This document shows positions 38,132-48,700 of a stretch of DNA of 64,000 nt, one piece after another. This stretch comes from Halorussus marinus (lineage in GTDB: Archaea > Halobacteriota > Halobacteria > Halobacteriales > Haladaptataceae). The position numbers and the translations under genes are program-made. Each line of letters begins with the position of its first letter. Within the stretch, counting starts at the first letter, position 1. The notes below the pieces were generated by a model. The model was given only the letters and a program-made list of their open reading frames with translations. It was not told the origin of the DNA and made no database searches. The DNA is taken from assembly GCF_004765795.1 (NCBI RefSeq), contig NZ_SBIV01000003.1, positions 372,001-436,000 on the forward strand, given 5' to 3'.

Positions 38132-39418
38132 TCACGCCCGGCCGTGGGCGGCGAGTTCGACCGCGAGGTCGGGATCGGGAGCGGCCGTGATCCGGACGGT
38201 ATCGCCGTCGCGCTCGACGACGTAGTGGACGGCGGGCGCGTCGTCGCCGGTCGGCACCACGAGGGTCTCGTTCTCGCCCGGCGTCGCTCCGCGATCGTCG
38301 AGTAGCTCTCGCCACGCCGCCTCGAACTCGGCGGCCTCGTCGGGCGACTCCCAGACGCTCACCCAGTGGGTCGCGGTCGTGGCCGCCTCGGCGTAGTAGT
38401 ACATCCGGTCGTTCGCCAGTCCGTCGGCGGCCGCGGCGGCCGCGCCGAACGACCGGCCGTTGATCCTGAGCGCGTGTCGGAGCGCGAGCTCGCCGACCGT
38501 GTCGGTGTGGTACCGCGTCAGCGCCTCGAACTCCTGTGAGCTCGCCGGAGCCTCGGGGAGGGTCGCTCGCGGGACGGCCCCGTCGGGGTCGAGCAGTTCC
38601 GCGGTCGAGTTCGGCGGCGACCGGATCGCGGCCGACCGCTCGTCGGGCGCGGCGCCGATCGCTCGGTAGTACTCGTAGCCGTAGTAGTAGGGCGTGCCGC
38701 CGAGGCTGTTCGGCCATGCCGCCCGCGCCAGCGTCCGGTTGTAGTCGGCCGGCGAGTAGTCGCCGCCGTAGCGGGCGACGTACTCCTCGGTCGTCCACGT
38801 CGCGTCGCCCTCCACCAGCGACGTGGTGACGAGTCTGGCGTCGGTCGTCCACCGCGGGAACGTCGACCGGAACCCCTCCCGCGAGGGCGCCAACAGGTCC
38901 CGCTGGAACTGGAGCGCGTGGACGAACTCGTGGGCCAACACGACCTCCTGTGAGACGCCGTACGCCGCGAGGTCGGTCGCGTTCATGAGATAGATGTGGA
39001 CGCCGTCGCCGCGCTCGACGGCGTAGCCCAGCGGCATCCGGCGCTCGGTGGTCGCGTTCGAGTACAACTGGAGCGCGCGAGCACCGGCGGGTCGGATCTC
39101 GCCGAACTGATCGCGGACGTCGATCTCCGGGCCGGCGTCGTCGTCGTACTCGTGGAGCGTGATCGGCTCGGTCGCCGACAGCTCTCGGCGCGCTTCGACT
39201 CGCGTCAGCACCGCGGCTGGGTCGTAGTCCGGGTCGAACCCACCTTCGAGGACCACCGTCTCGTTCGGCTCGGTCGCGGTACCGTCTTGTGATATCTCCG
39301 CCAATTCGGCGGCTTGCTGTTCCCCCACTGCCGGCGGCGGGCCGCCCGCGGCCGGGGTCACGCCCGCGACCGCGAGCGCGACCGCCACCGCGAGGACGAC
39401 TCGCACGTCCCCTGCCAT
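38132..39418 (-). CDS. Secreted/surface protein with HExxH zincin motif
   Basis: Signal peptide; LAHEFVHALQ, LVEGDA. Confidence 0.75.
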   Translation of the reverse strand: MAGDVRVVLAVAVALAVAGVTPAAGGPPPAVGEQQAAELAEISQDGTATEPNETVVLEGGFDPDYDPAAVLTRVEARRELSATEPITLHEYDDDAGPEIDVRDQFGEIRPAGARALQLYSNATTERRMPLGYAVERGDGVHIYLMNATDLAAYGVSQEVVLAHEFVHALQFQRDLLAPSREGFRSTFPRWTTDARLVTTSLVEGDATWTTEEYVARYGGDYSPADYNRTLARAAWPNSLGGTPYYYGYEYYRAIGAAPDERSAAIRSPPNSTAELLDPDGAVPRATLPEAPASSQEFEALTRYHTDTVGELALRHALRINGRSFGAAAAAADGLANDRMYYYAEAATTATHWVSVWESPDEAAEFEAAWRELLDDRGATPGENETLVVPTGDDAPAVHYVVERDGDTVRITAAPDPDLAVELAAHGRA

Positions 39419-39472
39419 GGGGACACACACGCGACGGAGCGCCAAAAGAACCCCGGCGACCCACCGCCGTCG

Positions 39473-40729
39473 CTAGTAGTCCCGGCCCCACCGAACCGCG
39501 TTGTAGTTGTCGTCGAGTTCGGTATCGAGCGAGCTCTCGAAGGCGGCGACCAGCGACTCGGCGCTCCCGCGGTCGATGGCGGCCAGCTCGTCGGCCTTCG
39601 AGACGGCGCCCGGCGGACCGCGCCGGAGCGCGATCTCCCCGAGGATCTGGCGCTCGATCCGCTCGCGGGTCTCGGCGTCGGCGGTGAACGCGTAGGGGGC
39701 CTCGATCTTGAAGATCAGGTCCCGGCGGGGATCGTAGACCACGCAGAAGGTGACTCGGTACTGATCGGGGTCGAGGGACCGATCGAGGAGGCCCCGATCC
39801 GGGTCGCCGAAAAACGCGTCCATCCCCGCCCTCGAGACGAACCAGTTGGTCAGCGTCAGTTCGTCGGTGAGCCGCTCGAACTCGCCGCCGACGCGCTCGC
39901 GGCGTTCGAGCAACTGCGCGAACAGCCCCGCGTCGTGGGCCCACGGCACCGGGCCGAACTCGGTCCGGCGCTTCAGCGTCCGGACGATCGACTTCGAGGA
40001 GACGTTCTTGACGAAGCCCGCGAGCGGAACCTCCCGATCGACGAACGTCTCGACCAGTTCGACGTAGTTGTCGAGGATCCGACCGACGTGGGGCGACTCC
40101 TCGAACAGGTCGGTGAGCACCGAGCTCCGGTAGTACCACCGGAGGACGCCCTTGGGGTAGAGGGGCCCGTCGAGCAACAGGAACTCCGCGACCCGATCGG
40201 CGTGGTCGATCGCGTGGGTGCTCTCGGCCAGATAGAGCGCGAGGGCGTGAACCACGTCCTCCTCGTACTGGTTTCGGGGCAAATTCGTGTGGACGATCCG
40301 GCGCCGGCTCCCGTCGTCGTAGGGCTCCCACTCGGTCTCGAAGTCGGTGGAGGTGTCGTTGGAGTGGACGGCCTTCACCACCGTCCGGCGGTCGTGGAGG
40401 TCGAGGTCCGACGGCGTCGCGCTCATCGCGGCGTGAGCCACGTCGACCACCAGCCCGTTCTTGAACACCTTCGGGTTGAGCGTCCCGGCGTCCAGACCGT
40501 GGGTCGTCCCGAACGGCTCGGCTTCGAGCGCGACCTCCTCGGCGTTCACCCGCCGGCGCCGGAGCTCGGTGAGGGGCTCTATGATCGGGCCGTCGTCGCC
40601 GTACAGCGGGTCGAGGTACTCCCGCCAGACGGTCTCGGCCGACTCCCGGTGGTCAGCGTCCTCGGCGTCGTAGTCGATGCGGTCGGCCAACCCCGCGATG
40701 CCGTCGAAGTGCACCGGGTCGAGGGTCAT
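39473..40729 (-). CDS. nurA: NurA nuclease
   Basis: GLDAG, LLLDGPLYP, GFVK, KADELA. Confidence 0.85.
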   Translation of the reverse strand: MTLDPVHFDGIAGLADRIDYDAEDADHRESAETVWREYLDPLYGDDGPIIEPLTELRRRRVNAEEVALEAEPFGTTHGLDAGTLNPKVFKNGLVVDVAHAAMSATPSDLDLHDRRTVVKAVHSNDTSTDFETEWEPYDDGSRRRIVHTNLPRNQYEEDVVHALALYLAESTHAIDHADRVAEFLLLDGPLYPKGVLRWYYRSSVLTDLFEESPHVGRILDNYVELVETFVDREVPLAGFVKNVSSKSIVRTLKRRTEFGPVPWAHDAGLFAQLLERRERVGGEFERLTDELTLTNWFVSRAGMDAFFGDPDRGLLDRSLDPDQYRVTFCVVYDPRRDLIFKIEAPYAFTADAETRERIERQILGEIALRRGPPGAVSKADELAAIDRGSAESLVAAFESSLDTELDDNYNAVRWGRDY

Positions 40730-40789
40730 GCGAGTCACGTCCCGGCCGAGCGCGAAAAAGGGTGGGGTTCGGTCGGCGCGTCCGGAGGC

Positions 40790-41350
40790 TCACTCCTCGT
40801 CGGTCGGCACCACGGTCTTGCCCGTCTCCTCGGGGACCACTCGGCGGTCGGCGCCGACCCACTCTCGATCGAGCTCCCGGCCGTCGAACAGCCGGTCGAG
40901 GAACACCGCGAGTCCCGCGACCTCCGAGTGGGGTTGGTTGGTCACGCCGACGTTCCAGTCGGCGGCCTCGTACACGTCGAACGACACCTTCTGGGAGCCG
41001 ACGACCGTCAGGATCGGTTCGCCGACCCCGCCGTCGCCCCCGCGGTGGGCGCGCCGAATCGCGCCTTCGACGTCCTGTACGCGCTCGCCGTACATCGTGA
41101 GGTGGACGACTTTCCCGTCCCACTCGCGGAGGACCCGCCGGGGGCTCTCGGTGAGTTCGACCGCGAACGGGCCGCCGAACCGGTCGGTGATGTCCGCGAT
41201 CGTATCGACGGACTTGCTCGCGTCGCCCGCCAGAACGGCGCGGTCGGCGCCGAGCGCGCGGGCGGTCAGCCCGACGTGGGTCGTCATCCGCTCGTCGCGG
41301 CCCGGCCGGTGACCCAGCCGGAGGACCGCGACCTCGGGTTCGCCTTGCAT
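40790..41350 (-). CDS. trm56: tRNA (cytidine(56)-2'-O)-methyltransferase
   Basis: LRLGHRPGRDERMTTHVGLTARA, HLTMYG, NQPHSEVA. Confidence 0.95.
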   Translation of the reverse strand: MQGEPEVAVLRLGHRPGRDERMTTHVGLTARALGADRAVLAGDASKSVDTIADITDRFGGPFAVELTESPRRVLREWDGKVVHLTMYGERVQDVEGAIRRAHRGGDGGVGEPILTVVGSQKVSFDVYEAADWNVGVTNQPHSEVAGLAVFLDRLFDGRELDREWVGADRRVVPEETGKTVVPTDEE

Positions 41351-41440
41351 GGGCGCCCATCGGGGGCCGGCGGGTTAGGGGATTTCGGAACGCGGCGCGC
41401 GACCGGAAAGCACTTTGGCGCAACCGGTCCAAGTTCGGTC

Positions 41441-42379
41441 ATGCAACTCTCCGACAGGCGGGTCGTGATTACCGGCGGGGCCGGGCTCGTCGGCTCGCAC
41501 CTCGCCGCCGCGCTCGCGCCGGACAACGACGTGCTGGTCGCCGACGACCTCTCGAAGGGCGACGCCGATCGGGTGCCCGACGGCGCCGAACTCGTCGTGG
41601 CCGATATGACAGACTCCGACGACGTCGCCGAGGTAATCACCGACGACGTCGACATGGTCTTTCACTTCGCGGCCTACACCGACACCAACTACGACGACGA
41701 CCGCCGGCTGTTCGAGGAGAACGGCGCGATGACCTACAACGTCCTCGAACGCATGGACGAGGTCGGCGTCGACAGGATCGCGTTCACGTCCTCCTCGACC
41801 GTCTACGGCGAGGCCCCGATGCCGACGCCCGAGGACTACGCCCCGCTCGAACCCATCAGCATCTACGGGTCGAGCAAGCTCGCCGACGAGGGGCTGGTCT
41901 CGACGTACGCTCACTCGTACGGGATGCAGGCGTGGGTCTACCGGTTCGCCAACATCGTCGGACCCCACCAGCGGGGCAACGTCGTCCCCGACTTCATCGA
42001 GAAGCTCCTCGACGACCCCGAGCGCCTGACGATCCTCGGCGACGGCCGCCAGGAGAAGTCCTACCTCCACGTCGAGGAGTGTGTCGACGCGATGTGCCAC
42101 GTCGTCGAGCACGCCGACGAGCCTCTCAACATCTACAACCTCGGCACCCGGACCACCACCTCGGTCAACGCCATCGCCGACATCGTCGCCGACGAGATGG
42201 GGCTGGACCCCGACTACGAGTACACCGGCGGCGACCGCGGGTGGACCGGCGACGTGCCGAAGATGCGGCTCTCGATCGAGAAGCTCTCGGCGCTCGGGTG
42301 GACGCCGTCGACGTCGAGCGACGAGTCGGTCCGTCGGGCGGCCCGCCAGTTGCTCGCGGAGCTCCGCGAGCAATCCTAG
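41441..42379 (+). CDS. NAD-dependent epimerase/dehydratase
   Basis: TGGAGLVG, SSSTVYG, YGSSK. Confidence 0.92.
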   Translation: MQLSDRRVVITGGAGLVGSHLAAALAPDNDVLVADDLSKGDADRVPDGAELVVADMTDSDDVAEVITDDVDMVFHFAAYTDTNYDDDRRLFEENGAMTYNVLERMDEVGVDRIAFTSSSTVYGEAPMPTPEDYAPLEPISIYGSSKLADEGLVSTYAHSYGMQAWVYRFANIVGPHQRGNVVPDFIEKLLDDPERLTILGDGRQEKSYLHVEECVDAMCHVVEHADEPLNIYNLGTRTTTSVNAIADIVADEMGLDPDYEYTGGDRGWTGDVPKMRLSIEKLSALGWTPSTSSDESVRRAARQLLAELREQS

Positions 42380-42708
42380 GCGACAGAGAACTCGGCGCGG
42401 GCCTCGGCGTCGGTCCCGGTCGCGTTCAGTTGGGCGACCACCGCGTACGCGCCCGGGTCGGGGTCCTCCCACGCGTCCGAGAACTCTCGGCGCTCGCCGG
42501 CGGCGAGCGTCTCGGTGCGTAGCGCCTGCGTGAACAGTCGGCCGTCGCTCGCCCGCCAGCGCTCCTCGCCGTCCTCGAACACCGCGAAGTCGGCCGAGAG
42601 GCCGCTTCGGAACGTCAGTTCGACGGGCTCGCCCGCGTTCTCGACCTCGTAGTCGAACGCCACGCGGCCGTCTGCGACCGACGCGGTCACGGTGCTCCGT
42701 AGGGCCAT
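42376..42708 (-). CDS. BsuPI-like intracellular proteinase-inhibitor domain protein
   Basis: LTFRSG..DF.V....WR.SDGRLFTQA. Confidence 0.75.
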   Translation of the reverse strand: MALRSTVTASVADGRVAFDYEVENAGEPVELTFRSGLSADFAVFEDGEERWRASDGRLFTQALRTETLAAGERREFSDAWEDPDPGAYAVVAQLNATGTDAEARAEFSVA

Positions 42709-42820
42709 AGTTCGGCGTGGTGACCCCGGCGTGAAAACGCTTCCGTGCCGGCCCGCGGTCGGGTCGGCTGGCCCGCACCGAACGGCACGCCTTTTACTCG
42801 CCGAGCGCGTAGCCGGATTC

Positions 42821-43576
42821 GTGCAGATCGTGGGCTACGAGACCGAGCGCGAGGATCGCCGGCCGGCGTTGCTCGTCGCCGAAGACGGGCGCGTCCGGCG
42901 CGAGCCCCTACGACCCGGCGAGGACCTCGCCTACGCGCTGGGCGAGCGTCGGTGTGCGGGCGCGCTCGACGGCGCCGACCACTACCCGTGCGACCGCGAC
43001 GGGGCGCCGTACTGCGAGGCCCACACCTCGACGTGGGTCTGTGCCCGGTGTACCGGCACCTGTCTCAAAGACGAGATGGACTGCCACGAGGACCACGCCG
43101 TCTACCTCGCGGCGTTCGCGCCCGCGACGTTCAAGGTCGGCGTGACCCGCGAGTGGCGGCTCCGGACCCGGCTCCGCGAACAGGGGGCGGATCGGGCCGC
43201 CCACCTCCGGACGGTCTCGAACGGCCGGATCGCCCGCGAGATCGAGGCCCGGATCGCCGAGACCTACACCGATCGGGTGCGCGTCCCCGACAAGGTCGCC
43301 GGGCTCCACCGCGCGGTCGACGACCGGGCGTGGTCGGCGACGCTCGCGGAGTTCGACCACGAGGCGACGTTCGCGTTCGACTACGGCTTCGACCTCGACT
43401 CGGGCGCCGTCCCGGAGACGCTGGCGACCGGCACCGTGGTGGGCGTGCAGGGTCGAGTGCTCGTGTTGGCGCGGGGCGACACGACCTACGCGGTCGACAT
43501 GCGCGAACTGGTCGGCCACGCGGTCCGGCCGGAGGCCGACGATCGGGACCGCCAGTCGAGTCTGGAGGCGTTCTGA
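42821..43576 (+). CDS. DUF2797-like Cys-rich protein
   Basis: Cys clusters; HAVYLA..FKVGVT..RLREQGA. Confidence 0.75.
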   Translation: MQIVGYETEREDRRPALLVAEDGRVRREPLRPGEDLAYALGERRCAGALDGADHYPCDRDGAPYCEAHTSTWVCARCTGTCLKDEMDCHEDHAVYLAAFAPATFKVGVTREWRLRTRLREQGADRAAHLRTVSNGRIAREIEARIAETYTDRVRVPDKVAGLHRAVDDRAWSATLAEFDHEATFAFDYGFDLDSGAVPETLATGTVVGVQGRVLVLARGDTTYAVDMRELVGHAVRPEADDRDRQSSLEAF

Positions 43577-43631
43577 GCGGCCGCCCGGCCTCGCGCAAGC
43601 TTTAATCCGCCCCGCGAGCGAACTCGTAGCG

Positions 43632-44021
43632 ATGGTCGAAGACGCCGAGCCCGGCGATGTCGACACCGACGCCGACCCCGTCGAAGTGGGCGTCGAACTC
43701 CTCTCGAAGCTCGAACACCCCGAGCTCACGGTCGCGGAGGCGGTCGACCGGATCGAGACGGTGACGACCCATCCAGCGACCACGCGCGAGATTCTGGACG
43801 CCGCCGAGAAGCGCGGCGTCATCGAGCGCGAGGACGGCGTCGTGCGGCCGAGCGGCGGCGGCTACCTCAGCTTCCAGAGCGAAATCGTCACCAAGGAGGG
43901 GGAGTTCTCGTGTCGGCGCTGTGGCGCGAGCATCTCGACGGGCTACTTCATGAAGCTCGACGCCGCCGAACACGGCGCGTTCGGTCCCGAGTGCATCCGG
44001 AAGGTCACCGGCCGCGACTGA
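43632..44021 (+). CDS. Conserved haloarchaeal HTH/zinc-ribbon protein
   Basis: CRRCG...FGPECIRK. Confidence 0.75.
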   Translation: MVEDAEPGDVDTDADPVEVGVELLSKLEHPELTVAEAVDRIETVTTHPATTREILDAAEKRGVIEREDGVVRPSGGGYLSFQSEIVTKEGEFSCRRCGASISTGYFMKLDAAEHGAFGPECIRKVTGRD

Positions 44022-45237
44022 GCTCCTCGATGAGGGTTTCGAGGGTCCGTTGCTGTTCGGCCAGCAGTTCGTTCTGGCGCTCGACGGCCTCGGTGAGCGC
44101 CTCCAACTGCGCCGCGGTGTCGTCGGCTTCGAGCTCGGAGCTGGCGGGCTCGAACCCCGAGTCGGCGAACCCGTCGGCCGACTCACCGTTCGGGGCGTCG
44201 TCCCCGTCCCCGTCGGCGGCCGCGGCCGCATTGTCGGTCCCGGTCTGCGCGCCGTCGGTCCCGGTCGCGGCCGGTTCGTCGGCCGCCGGTGGCTCGTTGC
44301 TCGTGATCGGCTCGCCGGCCGCCACCGAGTCGGCGGCGCCCGACGCCTCGGGCCCGTCCGACGCGCCGCCCGACTGCTCGGCGGGCGCGGGCTCGGCGAC
44401 CGCCTCCCCGCCGTCGCCCGGTCGCTCGTCGGTGGTCACGCCCGCGTCGTCCTCGATGATCGCACCGTCGTCGTCGAGCTCCGGCGGGTTCGCCTCGATC
44501 GGGTCGACGCCGCCGGCGAGCGGATCGGCCGGTTCGTCGTCGGTCTCGGGGCTCGCCTCGGCGTCGGCGCCCGCCGCCGGGTCGGCGCGGTCCTCGGGGT
44601 CTGCGTGCTCGCGAGCGAACTCCTCGTACGAGCTCGCGCCGTGGTACTCCAGCAGCGCGCGCTCGATGCGTTCGCGCACTTCGCGGGTCTGGTCGCTCGG
44701 CGTCTTGATCCGCTGGGGCCGGCCCTCGCTCTCGACGATGATCTGGGAGGAGACGTTGCCCTCCTCGACGTCGAGCGCGGTCACGTCGCCGAAGTGATAC
44801 TCCTCGTAGTCCTCGTCCCAGACGGCCGCGCCGACGTGCTTGACGACGCGCTCGCTGGTGATCACGAGCGTGAGCTCGCTGAACTGGTAGGTCTGGGTGA
44901 CGGTCTCGTCGGCGCCCGTCACGCCCGCGGCGTTCAACACGCCCGCGAGTACCGGATGGAGCGCCTCGTAGAGTCGGCTGGTCGGCACCTTGAACCGCTG
45001 TTCGCCCTCGATGCCGAAGTCGAGGGTGATGGCCGACTTGCGCCGCCCCTCCGAGATCTCGATGCGCTCTGCGTCGTGGGGGTACTCTTCGACCGACTCG
45101 TCGCTGAGCAGCCCGTCGGCTCGATAGACGAGCGTTCGAGTCCGCGTCACGTAGAGTCCGTCCTCGCCGCCGAGCGGCACCTGGGCCGCGATCTGTTCGC
45201 CGTCGAGCTTCGACTGCACGATACCGGGAACGCTCAT
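44005..45237 (-). CDS. Conserved protein with PH-like repeats and acidic linker
   Basis: Two beta-rich repeats, acidic low-complexity linker, C-terminal coiled coil. Confidence 0.75.
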   Translation of the reverse strand: MSVPGIVQSKLDGEQIAAQVPLGGEDGLYVTRTRTLVYRADGLLSDESVEEYPHDAERIEISEGRRKSAITLDFGIEGEQRFKVPTSRLYEALHPVLAGVLNAAGVTGADETVTQTYQFSELTLVITSERVVKHVGAAVWDEDYEEYHFGDVTALDVEEGNVSSQIIVESEGRPQRIKTPSDQTREVRERIERALLEYHGASSYEEFAREHADPEDRADPAAGADAEASPETDDEPADPLAGGVDPIEANPPELDDDGAIIEDDAGVTTDERPGDGGEAVAEPAPAEQSGGASDGPEASGAADSVAAGEPITSNEPPAADEPAATGTDGAQTGTDNAAAAADGDGDDAPNGESADGFADSGFEPASSELEADDTAAQLEALTEAVERQNELLAEQQRTLETLIEELSRGR

Positions 45238-45380
45238 GCTCAGGTATGATTAGCCTCCCGGCTTAAATCCGCCGGGTGGCACGTCGGGTCGAACGCGCGC
45301 GCGAAATCACCGTGCCTCGCGGTGACGAATCCGGTCCAGATGAGAAGTTTAAAGAGTTCCTCTCGCCTACCTCGAACCGA

Positions 45381-45531
45381 GCCCGGGTGGCTTAGCTGGA
45401 CATAGCGCCGCACTCATAGGGTTCTGAGATTCGGTGCTCAGGCCTTGGAAGCCTCCCCATGTCCGCCGAGGACTGCCGAGCCTCGAACCTGGGACATGCG
45501 GAGATCGAGGGTTCGGAGCCCTCCCCGGGCA
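45381..45531 (+). tRNA. tRNA-Met (CAT, elongator) with 77-nt intron at 37/38 (45419-45495)
   Basis: CCGCA-CTCATA | intron | A-TGCGG; bulge-helix-bulge CTCA/TGGG with GGTTC/GAACC; GCCCGGG/CCCGGGC acceptor stem. Confidence 0.93.
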
Positions 45532-45645
45532 TAATTTCGTTCCTGTAGATGCCCAAAATAATCAGACAGCGAGGAGCACCCATCGTCAACCCCATTCCGC
45601 GATAGCTACCTCTGCTGAGACAGCGGAAGCCAGGGGGTGCCCCGC

Positions 45646-45789
45646 GTGAGCGAGCGCTGTCCCGTCTGCGGAACCCCCATCAAGTCCGGCGACTATCGCT
45701 GCGACGGGGAAATCAACGGCGCACGCTGCGGCAAGGATCTCACGACACTCGACGCGAGCGCTAGCCGGACCGAGGAGGGATGGGCGTGA
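45646..45789 (+). CDS. 47-aa CPxCG zinc-finger microprotein (not in ORF track)
   Basis: MSERCPVCGTPIKSGDYRCDGEINGARCGKDL...; GTGA overlaps at both ends. Confidence 0.7.
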   Translation: MSERCPVCGTPIKSGDYRCDGEINGARCGKDLTTLDASASRTEEGWA

Positions 45790-48700
45790 GCGACGTCCCG
45801 AATCTCGACTGGGCGGCGCTCATCTGGGAGACCCAGGGCTTCCTCGGCCTCGACACAGACGAACCTGTCCCGAAAGCAGAACTTAAAGAGACAGCTCTCG
45901 CGAACGGTTGGACCGAACGCGAGTTTAACGAAGCATTACGTTCGACCGACGACGTCGAAGCGGTCGGAGACAGCCTCGCCTCGAACCCCGACCTGCAGCT
46001 CGTCGCCGGCGACGACGAGACTGTCGACGAGCCGACCGCCGAGGAGGCCGCCGACGCGGCCGTGGGGGCCGACCGCTTGCGCGATCACGGCCACAACCGC
46101 GCGGGCGACCACGGAACGTGGGCCGACGCGGAGTTCGCGAGCCCCGAGTCGAACGTCTGGCCGGCCGAGCTGCTCGACCGCGAGCAGTGGATGGGCCACG
46201 TCGACAAGAAGCCGTTCGCGCCGTGGGGCGACCGAAATGCGCCCGCCGAGTGTAGCGAGGACGGCCACGACACCGCCGCGACCTGTGACTGTGACGCTCG
46301 CTGGAAGTGGGGCTACACCGACCACTACGTCGACGGTGAAACGGTCGCGATGGCCGAGGTCGACAACCGCCTCGACGGTCGGGCGTTCCTCCAGCAGCCC
46401 GACGACCCCTACGTCTACATCGACGGCGACGACGTCCGCGACGAGAACGGTGAAGTACACCCCGCGTTCGAGGCCATCCTCGAACACCTCGGGCTGACCT
46501 ACGCCGACGTCTCGACGAGCGGCGCCGGCGCGCACGCCATCTACCGTGGGGAGCTCCCCGACGGCGTGAAACAGGCGTCGTGGCAGATCGACGATGAGCC
46601 GTGGGGCGACAACGACGAACTCCCCTCCATCGAAGTGTATCCCGGCAAGCGCGTCTGCGTGATGACCGGCGAACACATCCCGGGGACGCCGACCGAAGTC
46701 CGCGAGTGGAACGACGACGTCCTCGACGCGCTCCTGGAGGCGAACGACGAGGTCGCCTCATCGCAGCGCGGAGATGTCTCGACTGCTCGCGACGACTACG
46801 ACCTCGACGACTACGAGCCCGCAGCGACATCGTCCGAGGAGACGACCGACGACATCCGAGACATCTTCGCGGCGATCGACCGCCTCGACGCCCGTCGGGT
46901 GGCCGAGCGCACAATCGTTCATGCTTGGAACGACACGGCGTCGACGAGCGACGGCAAGCGCGCGTTCGTCCCGACATGGGGGAAGAACAGCAACGGGACG
47001 GCAAACGTCGTCGACGACCAGATCTGGCAGGACACCGGCGACCGCGGCGGCTACGGTGGGCCCGTGGTGATGGCGCTCATCGACGCCGGCGAGATGCGGC
47101 CCGAGAACGCCTCACCCCGACAGGCTAGCGGCGAGCTCTGGTGGCGAGGTATCGAAAACCTCCGGGATCTCGGATTCGACATCCCAGAACTCGAGCGCTC
47201 GACCGCGAACACCAGCGGAGATACAAGCGACGATCGCCCGGCGCTCCTCGACGATGCCTTCGAGAGCGAGGACGACGTCGAGAGCCAGCCGGTGAGCTCG
47301 CTCCCGGTCGGCCAGCTCGAACACCTCTCCCACGAGGAACGCAAGCGCGCAGCGAAGAAGCGCGGACTCGACTGGCCGTCGACACGCGAAGCTCGTGACC
47401 AGTTGTTCGCGACCATCACTCAAGTCATGCGGAACGAGGACACCGCGGTCGTCGACGCGCCCACGTCGCTCGGGAAGAGCCACACCGTCGCGACGACCGC
47501 CTGGAACAGCAACCCCTCGCTCAACGGCGTCGCCGGTGGCGCGCCCGTCATCCACCTGCAGGCGACTCGCGACGCTCGCGACGAGGCCATCGAGGCCGCC
47601 CAAGGCGAGGACGACATCGACCACTTCGTCCTCCGGGCCCGCCACGAGGCCTGCACGGTCGCGGCCGGTGATTACGATCCGCCCGAGGACGACGAAGACA
47701 TCGACTACACCCCGATCACGATGGACGGAATGGCTGCCTCCGAGTGGATCAAGATGATGTGCGAGGGCCGCGGCCTGCCCTTCTCGCACGTCCACCGCCG
47801 CCTCGAAGACCACAACGACCAGGGCGCCGACCTCCCGTGCTGCTCGGGCCAGACCACCTACGACGAAGACGAGGGCGACTTCGACGAAACGCCCTCGGAG
47901 TGTCCCGCGATCCGGCAGTGGGAGACGTTCCGTAACAAACGCGAGGAGGGTCTCGACGTCGTCTTCGCGACCCACAACTTCGCCCACGTTCCCGGCCTCC
48001 GGATGGGCACGAACATCGTCATCGACGAAGAGCCCGACTTCGTCCAAGACATGGACAAACAGCGCGTCGAGGAGGCGGTCACCGCCTACCTGCAGGCGAT
48101 CGACGCGCCCGTCACGAACTGGGAGTCGTTCATCACCCTCGCCCGCCACGACGGCTACCAGGGCGACGCGGCCAACGAGCGCGACGCCCTCCAGGACGCC
48201 CTCGACCAGGAGCCGCCCGCCGAGCACTACTTCGAGGATCCGCGGGCCCACACGATGGCGCCGGCGCTCGCGAGAGCGATCTTCCACGCCGAAGACCGCG
48301 GGAATGGCCGCCGCGTCGGCAAAACCAGCTACGAGCCCCCGCGGCTCGACGCCCAAGTCAGCGACGAAGACGGCTGGAACCGCGAATGGGTCTCGGTCGT
48401 CCTCAGCGAGGACAACGAGCTCTGGACCGTCCGATGCGCGCCCGACTTCAGCCAGGCCCGGTCGGTCGTCGGGCTCGACGCCCACCCGGCGCGGCCGAAG
48501 TGGGCGGTCGACGTCCACCCGAACATCCACGTCAAGGAGGTGCTCGACCCCGAGGCCCGCCAGCTGTGGCGGCGGTTCGAGCGCGGTCTTCGTGTTGTCC
48601 AAGTCGGCACGGCGACCCGGCCGCTCGCGAGCGGCGAGTACTTCAACGAGGATCAGGTCCGCGCGCTCGTCGAACACCTCCAGGACGAGTACGGCCACCA

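Noticed and set aside
39314..42379. Apparent 1021-aa epimerase fusion
   Set aside because: The N-terminal part is antisense to nurA and trm56; the real gene starts at 41441.
4000..45300. Many long overlapping Arg/Pro/Gly-rich ORFs (e.g. 15234-17534, 21574-24111, 38118-40331)
   Set aside because: Shadow frames of high-GC genes; they lack acidic haloarchaeal composition and overlap well-supported CDSs.
45419..45495. tRNA-Met intron as a novelty or as a box C/D guide
   Set aside because: An intron at 37/38 of elongator tRNA-Met is standard in haloarchaea; no clear C/D box set was recognised.
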